Below are positions 58,197 to 63,621 of a DNA stretch of 63,621 bases, in pieces. Position 1 is the first letter of the stretch. Every line of letters starts with the position of its first letter. Source of the DNA: Promethearchaeota archaeon (lineage in GTDB: Archaea; Asgardarchaeota; Hermodarchaeia; Hermodarchaeales; Hermodarchaeaceae); contig JBHLPR010000009.1 of assembly GCA_048939245.1 (NCBI GenBank), positions 1 to 63,621 of the forward strand. Reading direction: 5' to 3'. The position numbers and the translations under genes were made by a program. The notes under the pieces are model-generated. The model made no database searches. It was not told the DNA's origin and worked only from the letters and a program-made list of their open reading frames with translations.

Positions 58197-59279
58197 GTGA
58201 ATTACCATCTAATCCTCACCCGGAAATGCAATTTGAATTGTCGGTATTGTCACGGCGGTGAAGAATCCGGGTCTGATACCGAAATTCAATACACTCTTGA
58301 TGATCTAGCCAGGTTTCTCGAAGAGGATTCGGATCTTCAATTGATGTTTTATGGCGGAGAGCCTACGCTGCGGATTCCCCTGATGACTGAGATTATGAGT
58401 CGGTTTCATCGAGCCCGATACATGCTGCAAACCAATGGCCTGCTCTTGCACCATATTCCTGTGAGTTATTTGTACCGATTCCATTCAATTCTTGTCTCCA
58501 TTGATGGAGATAAGGATGTAACAGATGGATATCGATCACAGGGCGTATACGATCAAGTGATTGAAAATGTACGCTGGCTGTACCAGCAAGGATACCAAGG
58601 AGATATCGTGGCCCGGATGACTGCGTCCGAACAGAGTGACATCTATCGCGATGTGCAACACCTCCTTAATCTGAGGAGCCCCCGGTTTCAGCATGTGCAC
58701 TGGCAATTGAATGCAATTTGGGACGCGGAAGACAATTGGGTGGATTTTGACCAGTGGGTACGCGAATCCTATTACCCAGGGATTAGTCGACTGGTGGATG
58801 AGTGGCTGGTGACGATGCAAACAGGTGTTGTCGAAGGGATTGTGCCCTTTTTACCCCTAATGTATGACTTGTTAACGGGTAATCGGAGTTCGATTCGTTG
58901 TGGAGCGGGGCACGACACCTTTGCCATTCATGTGGATGGTTCGATTGGCATTTGCCCTATTTCCCCGAATTGGCCTTTTTCGATTGTGGGCGATATTTGG
59001 AAGACTAAACCTCAGGAGCTACATGATATTATGCTGCTCGATGAGCCGTGTCCATCCTGTGAGGAATTCGGGTTGTGTGGAGGGCGTTGCCTGTTTGCTA
59101 ATAAGCAACGGTTGTGGGGTGAAGAAGGCTTTCTCAAAGTCTGCGATACAGTGAAACATCTTCTTGGTTGTCTCCGAGACATCGTACCAGAGGTGCGTGC
59201 GCTTCTATCACAAGGGATTATTTCGCTGGAGGATTTCGCTTATCCAGAGTTTAATAATGGATGTGAAATTATTCCGTAA
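58197..59279 (+). CDS. Radical SAM/SPASM protein of the AF_0577 (TIGR04084-like) family
   Basis: CNLNCRYC, FYGGEP, SPASM cysteines, C-terminal NNGCEIIP. Confidence 0.85.
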   Translation: MNYHLILTRKCNLNCRYCHGGEESGSDTEIQYTLDDLARFLEEDSDLQLMFYGGEPTLRIPLMTEIMSRFHRARYMLQTNGLLLHHIPVSYLYRFHSILVSIDGDKDVTDGYRSQGVYDQVIENVRWLYQQGYQGDIVARMTASEQSDIYRDVQHLLNLRSPRFQHVHWQLNAIWDAEDNWVDFDQWVRESYYPGISRLVDEWLVTMQTGVVEGIVPFLPLMYDLLTGNRSSIRCGAGHDTFAIHVDGSIGICPISPNWPFSIVGDIWKTKPQELHDIMLLDEPCPSCEEFGLCGGRCLFANKQRLWGEEGFLKVCDTVKHLLGCLRDIVPEVRALLSQGIISLEDFAYPEFNNGCEIIP

Positions 59280-60559
59280 TGGAACCAAAAATTGAAGAAG
59301 AACAGAAATCCTTTTGGAAAGTTGACAACTACAGATACCATTCATTCTCAAGGGAGGTACGGTACTTGCCAATTGTAAAAATTCCTCAGCGTCGATTTGA
59401 AGACCGACTCTCAAAGTTTCGTCAGAAACTCGCAGAGACGAAAATTTCACATTTCGTTGTTTTTAATCCGACTCACATCTACTACCTGACCGGCTTTGTC
59501 CACATACCCACAGAACGCCCCTTTGCCCTAATTGTCCAAGATTCAGAGATCAGTTTCTTTGTACCCGAGTTAGAAAAACAACATGTTGAAGAAGAAGTAC
59601 CTAACGTGGCAAAGATTGGGACATATTTTGACTACCCGGACGCCAAACACCCAATGAAGCATTTTGCTACGTTTTTGAAACAGGGGTTGAAGATTAAGGA
59701 TAGTTTAGGGGCTGAGGCGCCTAGTAGTTCGGGGCGCTGGGGTTATGAGGGACCTAAGTTAGAGGAAGTATTAGGATTTCCCGTGAAAGTTATGCCCCAG
59801 CTATTGACGAATATGCGAGTTATCAAAGACGAAGATGAACTTGCCTGTATACGCGAATCGGCGATGTGGGGCAATCTTGCCCATCAGTTATTACAGGATT
59901 ACACACAGGTCGGGTTGAATGAAGTGGAGGTATCGACGGCGGCATCCTTAGAGGCGTCGATGGCAATGGGAAATGCATTGGGTATTGCGTATCGTCCCTT
60001 TGCAATTGGAGGATTGCCAGTACACGCGGGGTATCGTGGACAAATTGGAACCTATTCGGCGATCCCTCATGCCATGACCCGATTTACGGTGTTTAAACCA
60101 GGCGATACCTTGGTGACTGGAGCAGCTGCAAATGTTGCAGGATATTATTCGGAGTTGGAGCGCACCATGTTTTTAGGGGAACCCACAGCCAAACAGCGGA
60201 AATACTTTGACATCATGATGGAAGCTCAACAGGCCGCTTTTGACACATTTGCTCCAGGCAAGCCATGCTCAATTGTGGATAAAGCTACACGCACGGTCTT
60301 TAAGCAACACGGAGTTATGGACTTAGTGCAACATCATACCGGACATGCCATCGGCTTAGAAGGCCATGAAAAGCCGTTTCTTGATCAGGGGATGGAAAAT
60401 ATCATGGAACCAGGGATGGTCTTTACTGTGGAACCAGGAATCTATGACCGGGCTATTGGGGGATTCCGGCACTCTGATACGATATTCATCACTGATGATG
60501 GTATGGAACTGGTGACTTATTATCCGCGGGATATCGATTACTTGACCATAGAGAGCTAA
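59279..60559 (+). CDS. Xaa-Pro peptidase / M24 family protein (likely start 59366)
   Basis: YYLTGF, R.IKD.DE, HHTGHAIGL..HE, EPGIY. Confidence 0.9.
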   Translation: MEPKIEEEQKSFWKVDNYRYHSFSREVRYLPIVKIPQRRFEDRLSKFRQKLAETKISHFVVFNPTHIYYLTGFVHIPTERPFALIVQDSEISFFVPELEKQHVEEEVPNVAKIGTYFDYPDAKHPMKHFATFLKQGLKIKDSLGAEAPSSSGRWGYEGPKLEEVLGFPVKVMPQLLTNMRVIKDEDELACIRESAMWGNLAHQLLQDYTQVGLNEVEVSTAASLEASMAMGNALGIAYRPFAIGGLPVHAGYRGQIGTYSAIPHAMTRFTVFKPGDTLVTGAAANVAGYYSELERTMFLGEPTAKQRKYFDIMMEAQQAAFDTFAPGKPCSIVDKATRTVFKQHGVMDLVQHHTGHAIGLEGHEKPFLDQGMENIMEPGMVFTVEPGIYDRAIGGFRHSDTIFITDDGMELVTYYPRDIDYLTIES

Positions 60560-60572
60560 TAAAAGAGAATTC

Positions 60573-61331
60573 TTAGACTTTCTTTAGCGCCTCTTGGACG
60601 AGAGGAAGATCACAACAGCGGATGCCTTCGTAGCCTTCATGAGTAAGGTGTTTGAGGAGTTTGGCATAAAGGCGACCCCCTTTCATGCGGAAGGATTCCT
60701 GATGAAATAGGAATGTGAAATATTCCGCGTGAATCTCTTTGGCCACGTCCAAATCTTTGAGAATATATTTCCAAGCTTCGTTTTCAGTAAGCTGAAGGCG
60801 CCCAAAGAGATCTGTATCCATAATCCCAATGGGAATTTCAATTAGCCCGGTGTCAAGTTTATAGGGATCTATTCTTTGGACTGTTACACTACGATAGGAG
60901 GAGTCATAAAGAATTCCTTCGTCCTTGAACAGCTCAAGAAGCGAGGGGGTAATCCAGAGATTATGGCATCGAACCCCGTGGATGTTACCGATGAGGTCGG
61001 AAAAGAATGCTCTTTGTATATTAAATAACCCTTTGAATTGGGGATGGTCTTCATGTACGTAATGGAGTTGGAGTTCGGTGCCTTCAGTTTGAATGGTTTT
61101 CAAGGTGTCGATAATGGTATAGAGGTTAAAGAGGAATGTGGGAAGGAAGAAAGTGGATTGAAAGCCTAGTTCAGCTTCCAGATGCACGATCTCTTCGATG
61201 TTATTGTAAAGATTGAGAGCGCCGTTTTCTGCAGCTTTGAGGTCCTTTTTTGTGAATCTTTCTCGTCGTGCGAGGATGTGCTCAATGGGTTTGTACACGG
61301 AATCTGCGTCATGTGTAAGGATGATTTTCAT
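60573..61331 (-). CDS. Polysaccharide deacetylase family protein
   Basis: LTHDAD, STFF, E.QLH, G.R.H.L, YDSS. Confidence 0.8.
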   Translation of the reverse strand: MKIILTHDADSVYKPIEHILARRERFTKKDLKAAENGALNLYNNIEEIVHLEAELGFQSTFFLPTFLFNLYTIIDTLKTIQTEGTELQLHYVHEDHPQFKGLFNIQRAFFSDLIGNIHGVRCHNLWITPSLLELFKDEGILYDSSYRSVTVQRIDPYKLDTGLIEIPIGIMDTDLFGRLQLTENEAWKYILKDLDVAKEIHAEYFTFLFHQESFRMKGGRLYAKLLKHLTHEGYEGIRCCDLPLVQEALKKV

Positions 61332-61352
61332 GATGTTCGTCCTTTTGGGTTT

Positions 61353-63275
61353 TTACACTGTTTTGTAGCGTTTTTCGATGATGCGGAGGAAATCAGCAAC
61401 TGTGTGGAAGCAGGGAACCCCAAGTTCGATAAATTGTTGAAACCTATAAGCATTATTGGTAATTGCAATTGGTTTCATTTGGAGTGAGGCAGCAGATACA
61501 GCGTCGCCCATTGTGTCGCCGACAAGACACATCCGTGTTGGAGCGATTTGTAGTGATTGAGAAGCGTGTCTAGCTTGATGGGCACGTTGCATACCATGTT
61601 CGCGACCAATTACAAGATCTATAGTTTCTTCAATTTCAAGTCGTTTAATTGCGGTTCGAATATTCCGTGATGTTTGTTTAGACACGATGGCGAGTTTGAT
61701 GTTGAATTTTCTTAGCTTCTGAAAGCTATTGACAAGTGCTCTAGACCGCGAGAGTTTAGCTGCAGCCTGCTCTTCATAGGTTTCTACAATATGGCTCATT
61801 TTGGCATAATGATCGGGACTCTGTTTTTGTGCACGGTAAAGACCAATCATAACGGATCTTTCTTGCGGATGCAGTAAGTCTTTGAGGATGAGCATATGTC
61901 GTACCGTTCCCCAGTTGATCTTCAGAGTGGTTAGGGTGCCGTCGAGATCGAAAACAAGAGCCTTGATGGGTTCATCATGAAGGCGTTTTTGTAATGCGCG
62001 GATATTCTGTTTATATCGATTCTGAAGAGCTATCTTGGGTTGTCTGGCTTTGGGGAGAAGTATGTTTAACAGCCGGGATATTATGCCATAGAACAGCTCA
62101 GGGGGATCTTGATAATGGATATCTGTTCGGTTATTGCGTTTGATGGCATGCCAGAGCATTCGCAGCCAGACTTGGGGATTTGTACGGAAATAGGCACTGA
62201 ATCCGGGAAGAAGCCAAGAAAAGCATCCTTGAGTTCCTCTGTGATGGAAAAGTGGAAAACTAGAATCAGTTGGGTCAGGCTCCCATCCATATTCTTGACC
62301 GTGCAAGAGGTATTGGGGAAAGTCAAGGTTCCATGCTGTAGCCAGTTCAAGACTTCCCCAGAACTTAGGATTCAATTCAATTAGATAATAGTCTCCACTC
62401 TCTTCGTGTCTACGAAATTCGATCATCAGTGGACCAGACCAAGAAAGGTTTAGTGTGATTTTTCGTCCCAGATCATAGATTGGTGATTCGGGCTCATGGC
62501 ATGCGACCAGGCTAGGCCCACCACTGGGTTGAGTTTCTATAATTCGGCGATGTACGTACTCAGCGAGAACATAACCGCCAGCGGCTACTGTGAAGTAGCC
62601 GGTTCCTGATCCAGGAATGAATTGTTGAGCGATTAAGGGTCCGCTTCGTGATGCGACAATTCGCTCAATGTCTTTTGCGTGAAATGCGTATTGAGGATTT
62701 GCAGCATCTGAGGTGCCTTTCACGACGAGAGGTAATCCAATGGTGTTGAGGACTTCTTTCCATGATCGTTTTGTTATTTTTTCGGTTTTGGGATAAAGGA
62801 CTCCTGTTGATTGGCTGAGTCGATCTAGTGTGGCTTTATTTGCAGCCTTTTTGATAGCAGTATGAGTGGGGGCAAGGATTACGCCGTTTTTGCTCAGTGA
62901 TTTTCGGTAATTGGCTAACAACACTGTATCAATGAATCCCACTGGAACGACGATGGGATTGTATTGGTCCATTAGATAGCCGATTTGCTTGAGATAGGTA
63001 TTTTCATTTTCGTAGGGATTGGCGATGTGGTAGCGGTGGTCGAGGTATCGAGAAAAGACTGGCGAACGCCAGTGAGAGAACGCGCCTATTGTAGTATATT
63101 TCATTCTCTTGAGCGATTTAATGATGGGATAGGCTTTTCGTTGATTCGCGGAGACAATTAGAGCAGTGATTTTTCCTCGCTGGGCCCCAGTTAATTTTTT
63201 TCTTGTACTACTGGAGGTCGCTACTAACCGAAATGCTTGATCCGAATGGCCCAGGAGGGGTTGCATGAGTATCAA
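61353..63275 (-). CDS. ATP-grasp ligase fused to a HAD-family hydrolase
   Basis: IGLPLVVK, QQFIPG, LIELNPKFWGS; C-terminal FDLDGTL and VGDT..D. Confidence 0.85.
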   Translation of the reverse strand: MILMQPLLGHSDQAFRLVATSSSTRKKLTGAQRGKITALIVSANQRKAYPIIKSLKRMKYTTIGAFSHWRSPVFSRYLDHRYHIANPYENENTYLKQIGYLMDQYNPIVVPVGFIDTVLLANYRKSLSKNGVILAPTHTAIKKAANKATLDRLSQSTGVLYPKTEKITKRSWKEVLNTIGLPLVVKGTSDAANPQYAFHAKDIERIVASRSGPLIAQQFIPGSGTGYFTVAAGGYVLAEYVHRRIIETQPSGGPSLVACHEPESPIYDLGRKITLNLSWSGPLMIEFRRHEESGDYYLIELNPKFWGSLELATAWNLDFPQYLLHGQEYGWEPDPTDSSFPLFHHRGTQGCFSWLLPGFSAYFRTNPQVWLRMLWHAIKRNNRTDIHYQDPPELFYGIISRLLNILLPKARQPKIALQNRYKQNIRALQKRLHDEPIKALVFDLDGTLTTLKINWGTVRHMLILKDLLHPQERSVMIGLYRAQKQSPDHYAKMSHIVETYEEQAAAKLSRSRALVNSFQKLRKFNIKLAIVSKQTSRNIRTAIKRLEIEETIDLVIGREHGMQRAHQARHASQSLQIAPTRMCLVGDTMGDAVSAASLQMKPIAITNNAYRFQQFIELGVPCFHTVADFLRIIEKRYKTV

Positions 63276-63314
63276 CTATATTTGTACATGTTCGATGATG
63301 TTTTGATTGTTTCC

Positions 63315-63621
63315 TTAGCGAGGTTTGCATATCAATTCTTGGATGTACAAATCGAAGACTTTGTTTGTGTGCGCAGGTTGAATGATCATTGCTGTGTCAA
63401 CTCCTCGTCCTGATCCACCTAAGGCAAGAACGGGTTGATTCATTGGAATCAACCCTGCATCTGCAGCCATTAGGGTGATTTCGACACCCACTTTGACACC
63501 TTGTCCAAGCATTTTGAGAGCGTTTGCTATCAGGATTGCAGGACCGATGATGTCGAATTTATTTCGAATTCCACGTTCAACGCCACTGAGTACGTGGCTG
63601 GCTGTGAGAATCGGGACTTTG
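63315..63621 (-). CDS. Pyruvate-kinase C-terminal (alpha/beta)-like archaeal protein, partial
   Basis: GQGVKV..EI.LMAADAG...GG..RG.DTA...ELICKPR; runs off the window. Confidence 0.8.
   Translation of the reverse strand, partial: KVPILTASHVLSGVERGIRNKFDIIGPAILIANALKMLGQGVKVGVEITLMAADAGLIPMNQPVLALGGSGRGVDTAMIIQPAHTNKVFDLYIQELICKPR

Overview
Archaeal chromosomal segment (GGAGG/GGTGA ribosome-binding sites, AT-rich TATA-like promoters, archaeal families such as an AF_0577-type radical SAM and an Mbx/MBS-like module). An Asgard-like origin is plausible from the LRR and membrane-protein content but is not provable from this window. No rRNA, tRNA, CRISPR array, transposase or integrase was seen. 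The main unexplained structure is a ~105-bp degenerate, multi-motif intergenic repeat (GAGCAAG, then GTTAT, TCGAAGACATA, and an inverted repeat AATGATGTGAAA-N9/10-TTTCACATCATT). About 24 full or partial copies lie between 0.3 and 46 kb, all on the + strand regardless of the orientation of the flanking genes. They cut the region into units mostly of 1-3 genes (a few larger) with unrelated functions: transporters, oxidoreductases, metal homeostasis, repair. One repeat-to-repeat unit is visibly duplicated (13.2-13.9 kb and 37.6-38.3 kb). This looks like an integron-like cassette array that does not use attC sites. Other highlights: a fused NuoI-NuoB-NuoD protein with MBS/Mbx-type CxxD motifs and no neighbouring membrane arm, DtxR-type boxes shared by that operon and an FTR1 permease, three cold-shock paralogs (two with a conserved structured leader), a gene missed by the ORF track because of an in-frame TGA, and dinB followed by two possible ssDNA-binding proteins.
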